From positions 1 to 64,000 of IMG/VR virus record IMGVR_UViG_3300005690_000024: a DNA stretch of 64,000 nt, one strand, 5' to 3'. Both the position numbers and the translations under genes were made by a program. Positions 8,460 through 18,366 of the stretch are shown here, piece after piece (position 1 is the stretch's first letter; each line of letters begins with the position of its first letter). Below the pieces are notes generated by a model. That model saw nothing but the letters and a program-made list of their open reading frames with translations, did not search any database and was not told the DNA's origin. The stretch is from a virus.

Positions 8460-8771
8460 ATGAGCATGAATCTGGAAACGGCACGGAAAATTGCGGACAA
8501 GTGTATTACTCCATCGACAGCGCGCATGTCGCCGGATGAGCGACACGAGGGTGTTATGCAGATGATCGAGGATTTGGCAATACTGGCCAGTCGAGACGGG
8601 TGTGTCGCGGCAGCGTGGGCTCTTGAGGTTATTGAGTCGATGGCTGACTATCGAATTGAGGACATGCTGTCGGTCAACATTCTTCAAGACCGGATGAACG
8701 ACCTTGAGGATGTGAGGAATCTTTTGAGAGCACTGCAAGCCGAAATGGTGCGCAATAAGCACGTAGGGTGA
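8460..8771 (+). CDS. Hypothetical protein
   Basis: ORF chain, helical. Confidence 0.5.
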   Translation: MSMNLETARKIADKCITPSTARMSPDERHEGVMQMIEDLAILASRDGCVAAAWALEVIESMADYRIEDMLSVNILQDRMNDLEDVRNLLRALQAEMVRNKHVG

Positions 8772-8781
8772 GTAGCGGACT

Positions 8782-9072
8782 GTGGTTCCTTGGTTACTGT
8801 GGGAGAGTTCTGTGACAGTTGATGATGTTTTCGAATACCTCGCGTGCATGCCAACAAAGGATCGCCCAGTAGCACTGCGCACAGCAGGGAAGATGCTATC
8901 GGTGTGGATTTTCCTGCGAAAGGATAATGTGTTCCGCGATGATGTTGTCTATCGGCATGGGTTGCATAACAGGGTCGCAATCGACGAGTCTGATCCGACG
9001 CATCAACACGCTATTGCCAATGCATGGGCACTGTGTTCCAGGGCGGTTTCTCGTTTGAACGATGGGAAGTAA
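8782..9072 (+). CDS. Hypothetical protein
   Basis: ORF chain; start uncertain. Confidence 0.4.
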   Translation: MVPWLLWESSVTVDDVFEYLACMPTKDRPVALRTAGKMLSVWIFLRKDNVFRDDVVYRHGLHNRVAIDESDPTHQHAIANAWALCSRAVSRLNDGK

Positions 9073-9349
9073 AGGCAAAGACATGAGTTCATCTGTAAAC
9101 ATGATCGTTCCTCGATCATTTCTGGAGCAGATCCTGCGAGAAGATATTGAAGCGAATGCAGTCGGTGAGATTGAGGCTGACGAGGATGGTGTGACGATTA
9201 GGCTCATCCATATGGACTTTGGCGGCTATCGCAGGGTTCTTCGGGAGTTGAGGCAAATGCTTGATTCACAAGGTGTGAAAATTAAGCCTGTGATGCCTCC
9301 GTCAATGACGCTCGAAGAGATTGCGGATCTGGAATCGGATGCTGAGTGA
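9062..9349 (+). CDS. Hypothetical protein
   Basis: ORF chain. Confidence 0.5.
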   Translation: MGSKGKDMSSSVNMIVPRSFLEQILREDIEANAVGEIEADEDGVTIRLIHMDFGGYRRVLRELRQMLDSQGVKIKPVMPPSMTLEEIADLESDAE

Positions 9350-9380
9350 CGTTTCATAAAGAAAACTCAAAGGTTGATAA

Positions 9381-9620
9381 ATGAATATCCCGGTTGATTC
9401 AGTGCGTGAAATTGAGTCTGTTCCTCCATCAGACTTGAGGAGTTATGGCAGTGTTGCCCAGTTCACGGAAAAAACGAAGCCTGAACGCGCAACATACTAC
9501 TGCAGTGGAGGACAAGCGTCACAGACAAACCTCGTCTTCGAATGTTCGTGGAGAGAAGAACGAATCGTGATCTACGTGTGCCTGACTATCATTGCTGTAT
9601 GCTGGATTCTCGGGCGATGA
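9381..9620 (+). CDS. Hypothetical protein with C-terminal TM
   Basis: C-terminal hydrophobic stretch. Confidence 0.45.
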   Translation: MNIPVDSVREIESVPPSDLRSYGSVAQFTEKTKPERATYYCSGGQASQTNLVFECSWREERIVIYVCLTIIAVCWILGR

Positions 9621-9913
9621 TTGCGATGTTTCCAGAGTACAAAGATCGGACATGCGGCGGTCATTACAGAACGGGTTGCTACGTCACTTGTGACACTGAG
9701 TACTCCCAGATCACAGTCGGTTACACGCATTCACTGTCAGTTGGTCACGCAATGGCAGAATTGCCCCATGCGAGGCTGGATCGTGTTCTGAGAGCGAAGC
9801 ATGCTCGCATAGATCATGAAACAGCCGATCGAGTGGAGTTGGCGAAGTTGCTTGCCAGAGAATCGCAGCCGGTGCGGCATAAACGAATTCATAGAGCGTC
9901 AGCAAAAGGGTGA
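9617..9913 (+). CDS. Hypothetical protein
   Basis: ATGA overlap with upstream stop. Confidence 0.5.
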   Translation: MIAMFPEYKDRTCGGHYRTGCYVTCDTEYSQITVGYTHSLSVGHAMAELPHARLDRVLRAKHARIDHETADRVELAKLLARESQPVRHKRIHRASAKG

Positions 9914-10188
9914 TGTCGATGGGCGGGCTTAGCAGTACTACGATCGACGGTCAGCCTGTGAAGTACGGAGACCTGTGCAGTGTCGAGATCCACGAGGGCG
10001 ACAAGAGCAGGTTCGTGCTGGCCGACTTCGTCGAGATGTCTGACGCGGGCGATGCGTGGTTTCGGTGTCGGTACGCCACAGACCGCGTCGGAGGTGATCG
10101 GTATTTTTCAGATTACCAAGTCAGTGTCGGTTGTATCACAGTGATCGGCGACGAGACGCCAGACATGTTTTGCGGGGAGAGTATCTGA
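9913..10188 (+). CDS. Hypothetical protein
   Basis: TGATG coupling. Confidence 0.5.
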   Translation: MSMGGLSSTTIDGQPVKYGDLCSVEIHEGDKSRFVLADFVEMSDAGDAWFRCRYATDRVGGDRYFSDYQVSVGCITVIGDETPDMFCGESI

Positions 10189-10223
10189 GTAAGACACACG
10201 TCGTGTGAGTATGTTGGTCAAAA

Positions 10224-10766
10224 ATGTCTCCTCCGAACGAGTGCCTGTCATTATCAGGTGACTCGTTTTCTTTTTTAGTGGGGTGGACTGTGATTTTGAT
10301 AAAGCCGTCTGCTACGGCAGACAGTCGTACGTGTGATGTGGGGCAGGTGACGAAGGAGATGCTGCTGGAGTCAAGCCGACAGCATATTGGCGATGTCGTG
10401 AAGGCGATGGCGTTCTTCAGCGGGAAGCTCGTTGAGGCGGCTGGGGCTCACGATTACGACAAATTGACGGCGATTGATTGGTTCTTCTCCGACTTCCGCA
10501 CGAAGTTTGTAGAACACGGCTGGTGGGACAATCATCGGAAGATCCATCGGCATCATTTGGGGCAGGAAGATGGTGTCCCAGAGGATGTGAATCTGTTGGA
10601 TGTTCTGGAGTACATCGCTGATTGTGTGATGGCTGGTAAGGCGAGAAGTGGTTCCGTGTATCCACTGGTTGCGTCTGCGGAGTTGCTGCAGAGGGCGTTT
10701 CAGAACACGGTGGATCTGATCAGTAGTGAAGTCGAAGTCGTGCGAGAACCGCAGAGGGTTGAGTAA
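10224..10766 (+). CDS. HD-like (DUF5662-type) protein
   Basis: HDYDKL...HRKIHRHH...NLLDVLEYIADC pattern. Confidence 0.55.
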   Translation: MSPPNECLSLSGDSFSFLVGWTVILIKPSATADSRTCDVGQVTKEMLLESSRQHIGDVVKAMAFFSGKLVEAAGAHDYDKLTAIDWFFSDFRTKFVEHGWWDNHRKIHRHHLGQEDGVPEDVNLLDVLEYIADCVMAGKARSGSVYPLVASAELLQRAFQNTVDLISSEVEVVREPQRVE

Positions 10767-10813
10767 ACGCGGACTTGTGATCCGCTGCTCACGGAACAAC
10801 AGAGGAACAAACA

Positions 10814-11341
10814 GTGTCAGCAACACCAGACCAGAACTTTGCATCCGCGATCGAAACGCTGTACGGCGGGACTGCCGACACGTTTGTGGTTTGCGCTGGT
10901 GCTGGTCTGCCGGTTGCTCTCAAGAGTGTTTCGGAAGTCAAAACGCTGCTCGGTCAAGGCACGATGGCGGCGAAGTCCACCTATCAACTTAAGGTCGCAC
11001 TTTCCGGATACGACCAGTTGTTGAGTGCGGGAACAAAAAAAGGGTTTTTCGATATCTCAATTCCCGGCGTGATCACTGGGTTCTCGGTCTGCTGCGATCC
11101 TGCAAACGAGCCGTCCGCAGTTGCAGCAGAATTCGATTTGAACACCGTCAACGCAAGCACTGGAGCACTGACAAGCGTTCTGTCTTCTGTTGCATCCATC
11201 GCAACGGGAGCCAATGTCAGCACGGGTGGCGTTGTCAACGGGAGCCCTTCAGTCGCTGCCGGTGACAAGCTAGCCGTGGACTGCGATCAGGGATCGGATG
11301 GAAAGTTTTACGTAGCAACAATCACAATCACAGCTTCCTAG
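10814..11341 (+). CDS. Putative virion structural or decoration protein
   Basis: Ala/Gly/Ser/Thr-rich, beta-like; first gene of the 10.8-14.8 kb block. Confidence 0.5.
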   Translation: MSATPDQNFASAIETLYGGTADTFVVCAGAGLPVALKSVSEVKTLLGQGTMAAKSTYQLKVALSGYDQLLSAGTKKGFFDISIPGVITGFSVCCDPANEPSAVAAEFDLNTVNASTGALTSVLSSVASIATGANVSTGGVVNGSPSVAAGDKLAVDCDQGSDGKFYVATITITAS

Positions 11342-11351
11342 GATAACGACA

Positions 11352-11924
11352 ATGGCAGTAAACGAACTCACAGGAATTGACCGCGATAAAGACCGGTTCG
11401 TGGTCTTTCTTCCGGGGCAGGAAAACAGCACGAAGACCAACGAGATTTGGCCACGATTGGACGGCGGTCCAGTCAACGGCGGGTTCGTCAACGGTGAGAT
11501 GTACTACAAGAAAGTCCACATCGATCCGCCTCCGTATGACCATCGGTATTCGCTCGTGACTACGCATGGAAAAGTTGAAACGGAGCCGACGCCGCCTGCT
11601 GGCTATCCCGTCGGAACGTGGCGACCGTTTTACGAGTTGGAACTGCGACCGCTGGAAACCCAATTGGCGCACATCGACACCGAATTCCAATACGAGTTGC
11701 AGCGTCGGTATCCACAGGTCGCGGACTTGTCGACGTACATCCTTGCGGCTGACATCATCACGAAAAAGCAAAACGGTGGTGTTCTGACGACTGAGGAGCA
11801 AGCCACACTCGACGCGATTAATGTGGTTGGCGACGGTGTTCGACTCATGGCCGATCGACGGGCTGAAATGAAAGCGGCTGCAACTGCTGGAGAGGATTAC
11901 GACGTCACAGCGTGGCCGTCATGA
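11352..11924 (+). CDS. Putative tail-fibre-associated or assembly protein
   Basis: Position in virion block; ends YDVTAWPS as in fibre chaperone-like proteins. Confidence 0.4.
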   Translation: MAVNELTGIDRDKDRFVVFLPGQENSTKTNEIWPRLDGGPVNGGFVNGEMYYKKVHIDPPPYDHRYSLVTTHGKVETEPTPPAGYPVGTWRPFYELELRPLETQLAHIDTEFQYELQRRYPQVADLSTYILAADIITKKQNGGVLTTEEQATLDAINVVGDGVRLMADRRAEMKAAATAGEDYDVTAWPS

Positions 11925-12688
11925 TGACGCCGGGATTTGGCCCGACTCGCAAGCAAAAGCCGTATTTCCCGTATCCGGAAAAAGATCGAGTGATTATCAA
12001 CAGTCACAATTTTACGCCGGGGTTTTTGTATCCGTCGCTGCGGGACACTCTGCCTGTCGCTGGATATTATGCCCGGCTCGACACTGGTTCTGCAGTGTCG
12101 GATCAATTCACTGCTGATGGATCGCAGGACGGGACGCTGACGAACGGGGCAACGCGGGCAGATGACGGGGGTTTAGCGTATTCATTCGACGGAACAAACG
12201 ACTACATCGCATTTCCGCTGCAGAGCTACGTCACGAGTGATTTCACACTGTCTGCGTGGGTGAAAACTACGTCGAACAATTATCAGTACGCAATTGCGAT
12301 GGAAGGTGCGATCAGTCCTTCTGGACGCTGGGAGCTTCTGCGAGTTGATATTCAGGCAAACCGAGTTATCAGCGGGTATTTGTTTAATGGCGGGAGCGTC
12401 TACATTGGCGGCACAACAATCGCAAGCGACACATGGGCGCACGTGGCTTTCACGCGATCTGGAAACCTGTTTAAGTTTTTCGTCAATGGATCGCAGACAG
12501 GATCAGGGACCTACACGCCGACGTTGATTGCAGCATCACCGAGCATTAACGATCTTGGGGCTCGCCGCAATTCGCCGACGACTCTGCCGCTCGCGGGAAA
12601 AATTGACGACGTGTTGATTTACCCAATTGCACTGGACGCAACGAACATCGGATACCTCGCATCACAGCGTGGTGCGATTTACGCTTAG
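11921..12688 (+). CDS. LamG / concanavalin-A-like domain protein (putative receptor binding)
   Basis: YSFDGTNDYI, FTLSAWVK, WAHVAFTR, FVNG, GKIDDVLIY motifs. Confidence 0.85.
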   Translation: MMTPGFGPTRKQKPYFPYPEKDRVIINSHNFTPGFLYPSLRDTLPVAGYYARLDTGSAVSDQFTADGSQDGTLTNGATRADDGGLAYSFDGTNDYIAFPLQSYVTSDFTLSAWVKTTSNNYQYAIAMEGAISPSGRWELLRVDIQANRVISGYLFNGGSVYIGGTTIASDTWAHVAFTRSGNLFKFFVNGSQTGSGTYTPTLIAASPSINDLGARRNSPTTLPLAGKIDDVLIYPIALDATNIGYLASQRGAIYA

Positions 12689-12696
12689 GGCACACC

Positions 12697-14841
12697 ATGA
12701 CCACACAATATGCAATAATCGGCACACCCGCAGGACTCACCGGGCTGACGATGCGTTTGTTTGCGAGCGAAGAGTCTGATGATGTGCTTTACACTTCAGA
12801 TTCGATGGCAGAGCGGATGAATGCAAAGGGACAAATTCGGTTCGCGTTCGAAGAAGACGATGAAATCGAAGGGGATTATTTTGCAATCGTGACCACAGCG
12901 GGCGGAGCAAGGGTTGCTAGTGGTTGGCGGACGTTTGCGGGGACTGATGGCGAGACTGCGACAACGACGATCGTAACAGCGGAACTGGACTCCGATAGTC
13001 AGACAGCAATCGCAAACGCAGTCAAAGCCAGCAAGTTGGTTCTGTCTGCCACAATCAATGCGGGGAATACTGGTTGGATCACGATCGATGAGCCATCCGA
13101 TGAACTTGCGATCGCAGGTTATCTGGATGGGTGTCTGATGGTGATCACAGACACGTCGACGGGTCTGCAGCAAACGCGATGGATAATGGCACACTTCCTC
13201 AGTGGTGGTGATGCTGGATTCAATCCAGATGCAGCATTCGGGTTCACGCCAGTTGCTGGTGACACGATCGACGTCTACGCAACAGATAGATGGACAGCGA
13301 ATGTCACGTACTGGAAGGGGACGTCACCTCTTGATCTTTCGAGTCAGAGAGTTCAGGTTGCAGATAGTGCGGGGGTGACAACACTCACGAATCGTCTGAC
13401 AAGCTTGCGGGCGGCAAATCTTGACAATCTCGATGCTGCAATCAGTGTGATTCAGTCGCAGGTCACAGCATTAAACAACCTGAGTGCGAAAACCAATATC
13501 TTCGGTCCATTGTTGCTGGAAATACCAGACAGCGGGACGCGAGTATATGTCTATGAACTCGTGATCAAAGACGACGAAGATGCACTCGTCGCGTTGGACA
13601 GCGATCCGACGTGGACTTTGGTCAATGCGTCTGGCACTGATCGTTCGTCGCTAATCACTTCAAGCACAACAATCGCCACAGGGCGATATGCACTGACAGT
13701 GACAGTCGGGACGTCGACAACAACGGAAGCACTGAAGCTATCAGCATCGGGTGCTGTGGGCACTGATCCACGATTCGCTGTTCTGATGCCACAGGTTGTT
13801 GACTATGACAGTGCAACACAGATCAACACGATCTTGACGCGACTTGGCACACCAGCGGTGTCAGTTTCTGCAGACATTGCGTCAGTCAAAGTAGACACAG
13901 GAACAACACTTCCAGGATTGTTTGCCACACTGACAACAAAGATCCGAAAGTTCTTTCAACTTTCACTGCGAAAAGACGCTGCGATCGCAACTGACAATGC
14001 GACAGAGTTGGGAGAGATCAACGCGAACGGTGGAAATGGTTCAGGTGCATATGCAAACACGACAGACTCACAGGAAGCAACCGTCGATCGTGGCAACGTG
14101 GCATGGATTGGTGGCGGCAGTGGAGGAGGTTCAGATGCGACTTTGATGCTGAGTACTGTGATTGACTCTGCCACGAGCCAGACGGTACTTGTTCTTGAAG
14201 ACGGGTCTGATGACAACGACGTGTACAACGGGCAGCTCGTTGTCATAACAGATGCGGAGAACGCATCACAGAAGGCGAGAGTTCTGGCCTTGGATTATGT
14301 CGGCCTCACGAAGACACTCACGCTGGAGAATGCACCTGGATTTGAGGTTGCTGCGGGTGATGAGGTTTCTATTGTCGCCGTCGCTGGACTTACAAAGGCA
14401 CAGCAAGAGTCGTTCGACATTATTGAGGAAGGCGCTAGCCGTATTTCAGGGTCTGCGATTCAGTGGATCGGTAATGTCGCTCCTGGTGGAGTTGTGTACC
14501 TGACGGTCGGTGATGATCATGTGAGCGTCATTGCAAATCAGGTCGATATCCCAATCCCTGACCCTGGCGGTGCATTACATGCCAAGTTGAATGCGGATGG
14601 AGTCACAGTTCAGTGGGGTGCTGGTCAGGGTATCACTGGCGGTAAGATTCTTGGGACGTTTGTGAGTTCGAGTTATAGTAATGGTGTAACGACTGTCAGG
14701 ATTGAAGTTCCGGATTGTCAGCCAACAGGAAATATCCGCCTTGAGTACATCTGGCAGTTGCAGAGAACGCTGGATTCGAAGAAGGCGACACTTTCTCAGG
14801 GGAAACTGTTTGTTCGCGCTGACATGATCGAGGTCCACTAG
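12697..14841 (+). CDS. Large virion appendage or tail-fibre-like protein
   Basis: 714 aa, Thr/Ala/Ser-rich; duplicated module (GYLDGCLMVITD...AGDTIDV and DVYNGQLVVITD...AGDEVSI). Confidence 0.6.
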   Translation: MTTQYAIIGTPAGLTGLTMRLFASEESDDVLYTSDSMAERMNAKGQIRFAFEEDDEIEGDYFAIVTTAGGARVASGWRTFAGTDGETATTTIVTAELDSDSQTAIANAVKASKLVLSATINAGNTGWITIDEPSDELAIAGYLDGCLMVITDTSTGLQQTRWIMAHFLSGGDAGFNPDAAFGFTPVAGDTIDVYATDRWTANVTYWKGTSPLDLSSQRVQVADSAGVTTLTNRLTSLRAANLDNLDAAISVIQSQVTALNNLSAKTNIFGPLLLEIPDSGTRVYVYELVIKDDEDALVALDSDPTWTLVNASGTDRSSLITSSTTIATGRYALTVTVGTSTTTEALKLSASGAVGTDPRFAVLMPQVVDYDSATQINTILTRLGTPAVSVSADIASVKVDTGTTLPGLFATLTTKIRKFFQLSLRKDAAIATDNATELGEINANGGNGSGAYANTTDSQEATVDRGNVAWIGGGSGGGSDATLMLSTVIDSATSQTVLVLEDGSDDNDVYNGQLVVITDAENASQKARVLALDYVGLTKTLTLENAPGFEVAAGDEVSIVAVAGLTKAQQESFDIIEEGASRISGSAIQWIGNVAPGGVVYLTVGDDHVSVIANQVDIPIPDPGGALHAKLNADGVTVQWGAGQGITGGKILGTFVSSSYSNGVTTVRIEVPDCQPTGNIRLEYIWQLQRTLDSKKATLSQGKLFVRADMIEVH

Positions 14842-14850
14842 CGTATAGGT
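14841..14850 (+). promoter_or_regulatory. CGTATAG motif copy
   Basis: GCGTATAGGT sharing the G of the upstream TAG. Confidence 0.55.
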
Positions 14851-15147
14851 ATGCAGATGAGTGTCACAGGGATGGTACTGACAGCAGTGGTTGTGATGCT
14901 CGGAATCTACGACATCATCGCGGCATTCCGTGGAGGCGTGAATTCAACGATATCGCGTGCGATGCAGATGGCTGGGTTTCGTTCTCCAACGGTTGTTTTC
15001 GTTCTTGGAGCAATCTTCGGCCACTGCTTCCTGCAAATGGACTTTCAGGGAGCAAAGACCCCTGAAGACGTGTTGTTCATTGTGATCGTCGTGGCAACGG
15101 TCTGCACGGTGTGTGGCTGGGTTGCTGGGAGGACCAGCAAGGAATAG
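14851..15147 (+). CDS. Three-TM small membrane protein (holin-like)
   Basis: Three hydrophobic segments in 98 aa. Confidence 0.5.
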   Translation: MQMSVTGMVLTAVVVMLGIYDIIAAFRGGVNSTISRAMQMAGFRSPTVVFVLGAIFGHCFLQMDFQGAKTPEDVLFIVIVVATVCTVCGWVAGRTSKE

Positions 15148-15237
15148 TTGTTTTTAACTGATCCACCAAGTGTGGAAACAGATCAGGCACCGTCAGGAAT
15201 GGCGGTGCCAGCATTCAATAACAATCGGGAGGCAGGT

Positions 15238-15831
15238 ATGTGGCGTGTTCTGCTCATGTTGGTTTTCGCTTTCGTGTTTCCTCACAGCAGATTGTTTGGC
15301 CAATATGGTCCACAAGTCCGCATCACCAGCGGTGGGATGCAGTCGTCCGGAGTCGCAATATCCGAGACAGAAGTCCTGACTGTTGGGCACGCCTTCACCG
15401 ATGGTTCCCACGTCAGGCTTGAGTTTGTTGGCGTGGAACACAATGTGATCGTTCCAGGGTATGTCGTCGTCACGGATCACGACAGAGACCTTGGGTTGAT
15501 TCGCCATAAACTGAAGAATGTGGCGTGGCTGAAGCGTCAGAGGGCTAAAGGAAAGTCACTTCAGATCAAGGGGTTTCATGGTCTGGATGAACCTATGCGC
15601 GTTATGAGAGGCGAAGTGATCGCGTCTGGTGCAGCAGGAAGTAATGGGGAACCATTGCTTGTTGTTGATTGCGAAGCAGTGCCGGGACTCTCTGGATCGG
15701 GTGTGATAGAGGGTGTCGATGACGAAGAGTTCGTTGTCGGAATCCAGTCGGCTGGATCTAAGCAGACGTATTGTGCGACTTTTGATCAGATCGAGGTATT
15801 TTTGTCGAGTAATCGCCATCAATCGAAGTAA
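15238..15831 (+). CDS. Secreted trypsin-like serine protease (S1)
   Basis: Signal peptide after GGGAGG SD; triad motifs LTVGHA, DRDLGL, GLSGSG. Confidence 0.8.
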   Translation: MWRVLLMLVFAFVFPHSRLFGQYGPQVRITSGGMQSSGVAISETEVLTVGHAFTDGSHVRLEFVGVEHNVIVPGYVVVTDHDRDLGLIRHKLKNVAWLKRQRAKGKSLQIKGFHGLDEPMRVMRGEVIASGAAGSNGEPLLVVDCEAVPGLSGSGVIEGVDDEEFVVGIQSAGSKQTYCATFDQIEVFLSSNRHQSK

Positions 15832-15836
15832 CCCCT

Positions 15837-15856
15837 GCGTATAGGTACTGTGGGAG
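15837..15856 (+). promoter_or_regulatory. CGTATAG motif copy with GGGAG
   Basis: GCGTATAGGTACTGTGGGAG. Confidence 0.7.
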
Positions 15857-15876
15857 AATTGTTCTGGGGAGAGGCG

Positions 15877-16134
15877 ATGGCAAAGGTAAAAGTAAGTGCT
15901 CGCGATGTTGATAACATCTGCCAAGTTCGGTCACGTTCGCAGTTGGTGTGGGTGGAGCGTCTGGATGCAGATCTTCGAGCGGTTTGCGAAGAGACGCGAG
16001 ATCGTGTTGTGAAGCAAGACTTGCCGCCGTATGTGGTTGCTGAGAATTTAGCGACATACTTGCTGGTGCGCGGATTCAAAATCAGCACTACAACCATTGG
16101 AAGATGGCTCGCACATGCCAAGAAAACGAAGTAA
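15877..16134 (+). CDS. Small HTH-like protein
   Basis: FKISTTTIGRWL helix-turn-helix-like C-terminus. Confidence 0.45.
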   Translation: MAKVKVSARDVDNICQVRSRSQLVWVERLDADLRAVCEETRDRVVKQDLPPYVVAENLATYLLVRGFKISTTTIGRWLAHAKKTK

Positions 16135-17322
16135 TGCAGTCACGGCTGCAGAATCGATCGTCGGAAATGCCATCGCAAAGACTGCAAAAGAACCGCATGA
16201 GTGTGAGCGTGTCGACAGTCAGTGGGTTGGCGATGGATACAAGATATCTGTCGAGACGCTGAAGAGGATCACGACTCCAGAAGAGGCGATGCGGAAGGCT
16301 GGTATCGATCCTCTGGTATGGCGACCAGTGAAGACGATTGTTAATTCGTGGGAAGTTGTCTTGAAGATGCCTGACGGAAAGGGCGGGTTCAAGCCTGTTA
16401 CGAAGCCGTTGTGGCAGGTGAAGGTCGAACTTCATCGGAGAGTGCCAGAGGAATCAGTCAATGCGTTTGAGGCGTTGGCAAACAAACTGCCTCGGCTGAA
16501 TCTCAGTCCAGTGAAGTATCGAAAGTCGAAGGGTGCATCACGTCTGCTGATAGGGTGTGCAGACTTCCATTTCGGAAAAGCGACAGTCGACAAGAAGGGG
16601 AGTCTTGCTGCGGTTGAGTTGTTGTTCGATCGAATGACGAATCACATGATCGATCAGGCAGCGAGTGCAGACCTGAGTCATATCTACTTCATCAATCTGG
16701 GTGATCTGCTGCATTGCGACAATGACGCTCGCACGACGACGAATGGAACGCCCCAGGATACGGTGGCAGGGTTTCATGAGATTTATGAGGCAGCTCAGAT
16801 CAGTATGATCAGGGCGTTGGAGCGGTGCCGTCAGGTAGCGAATACGACACTGGTTACGACGCAGGGGAATCATGACTGGGCGGCGAGCCAACATATCAGT
16901 TCGGCGATGAAGGCGATCTTCAGGGGCACGAAGGGCATCACGATCGACAACAGCCCAGACCCACGAAAGTTCTGGACTTCGGCGTGAACCTTGTTGGGAT
17001 GGCTCACGGGTGTTCTGAGAAGGTGACAATGTATCCAGGGTTGATGTCGATGCAGCGTCCAACGGAATGGGGGCGCACGTCGAACAGGTTGTTCCTGAGA
17101 GGTCACCTGCATCACAGGCAGGCTGTCAGGACTCACGATACACTGGAGCAGGATGGTTGTGTTGTTTACACGTTGCCAAGTCCGTCAGGGGCTGACGGGT
17201 GGCATGATCGGTCAGGGTATGTTGGGAACAAGCGATGTGTGCAGAGTTTCCTGTTGAGTGAGAAGTGGGGTACACAGGCGATCTATGAAGCGTCTGTGGC
17301 TGAGTTGATTGGCGATGTCTAA
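16115..17322 (+). pseudogene. Calcineurin-like metallophosphoesterase split by a -1 frameshift (pseudogene, sequencing error or recoding)
   Basis: ADFHFG, NLGDLLH, QGNHD in ORF 16097..16987; AHG and RGHLHH in ORF 16984..17322; frames join near 16966-16975. Confidence 0.75.
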
Positions 17323-17758
17323 GGGGCGTGTTGTGGCAAAGACAGTTTTCGAGTGCCCAGTTCTGATGGTGGTTGGTGTTGTCGATGGAGACACGCAAGA
17401 CATCATGTTGGATCTGGGCTATTCGACTTACCGGAAAGTGCGTACGCGGCTGATGGGAATTGATACGCCCGAGATGAGCACGCCTGCTGGGAAACTTGTG
17501 AAGGCTGTCGTCGAGAAGTGGCTGAGTGATGTAGTTGTTGAGAAGTACAAACTTCGGTGGATCAGTAGCGACATCGATATGTACGGTCGGTCGGTGGGCG
17601 TGTTTGTGAACTCAATGAATCAGGGTGAGACCTTAAATGCGTTCTTGATGCGCATTCGAGTGGCAAAGGCATACAGCGGAGAAAGCAAACGCCCATCGTG
17701 GTCGATTGAAGAATTGAGGGCAGCAGAGTCTGGGGCGCGAGCGTATTTGGATCGATGA
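17315..17758 (+). CDS. Thermonuclease (SNase) family protein
   Basis: VVDGDT...RLMGIDTPE...DMYGRSV motifs. Confidence 0.85.
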   Translation: MSKGRVVAKTVFECPVLMVVGVVDGDTQDIMLDLGYSTYRKVRTRLMGIDTPEMSTPAGKLVKAVVEKWLSDVVVEKYKLRWISSDIDMYGRSVGVFVNSMNQGETLNAFLMRIRVAKAYSGESKRPSWSIEELRAAESGARAYLDR

Positions 17759-17765
17759 AAGGAAT

Positions 17766-18335
17766 GTGGGAATGCTGAGTAGTGATGAACCCATCATCCT
17801 GTTGGATATGGATGGGGTTCTGGTGAATTTCAATAGAGGTGCCATAGCAGCACATAAGATACCGATCGATGAGGATCAGATTACTGCGTGGCGTTGGTAT
17901 GACCCGTACTGCACGGAGAATGAGTTTTATTCAAGAATCTCGGCTATACCAGACTTCTGGATAAATCTTGAGAAGCACGAGTGGGCGGATGAGTTATTTC
18001 GGATGTGCAGTCTGACGGCAAAGGTGATCTTCGCAACGTCCCCGATGCTGTGTGTTGGTTGCCCGAGTCAAAAGGTTCAGTGGTTGCGGAAGCATGGGTA
18101 TTTGGCAGAGTGGTCTACGGATTACATGCTGGGACCATACAAGGAACTGATGGCGCGGCCGAATACGATCCTGATCGATGACAGGCACAAGAACTTGGTG
18201 GACTTTGCTGTGAAGGGCGGGCATACGATTGCGTTCCCGCAGAGATGGAACAAGGCCAGCCACGAGATCGGGGATCGACTCGGGTATGTGAAGCGTGAGT
18301 TGAATCGGATTGTTGGGCAAATTGTTACGGGTTGA
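17766..18335 (+). CDS. 5'(3')-deoxyribonucleotidase, HAD family (NT5C-like)
   Basis: LLDMDGVLVNF motif I; ILIDDRHKN motif IV. Confidence 0.85.
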   Translation: MGMLSSDEPIILLDMDGVLVNFNRGAIAAHKIPIDEDQITAWRWYDPYCTENEFYSRISAIPDFWINLEKHEWADELFRMCSLTAKVIFATSPMLCVGCPSQKVQWLRKHGYLAEWSTDYMLGPYKELMARPNTILIDDRHKNLVDFAVKGGHTIAFPQRWNKASHEIGDRLGYVKRELNRIVGQIVTG

Positions 18336-18340
18336 GTTTT

Positions 18341-18360
18341 GCGTATAGGCACTGTGGGAG
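18341..18360 (+). promoter_or_regulatory. CGTATAG motif copy with GGGAG
   Basis: GCGTATAGGCACTGTGGGAG then GTG/ATG. Confidence 0.7.
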
Positions 18361-18366
18361 GTTGTG

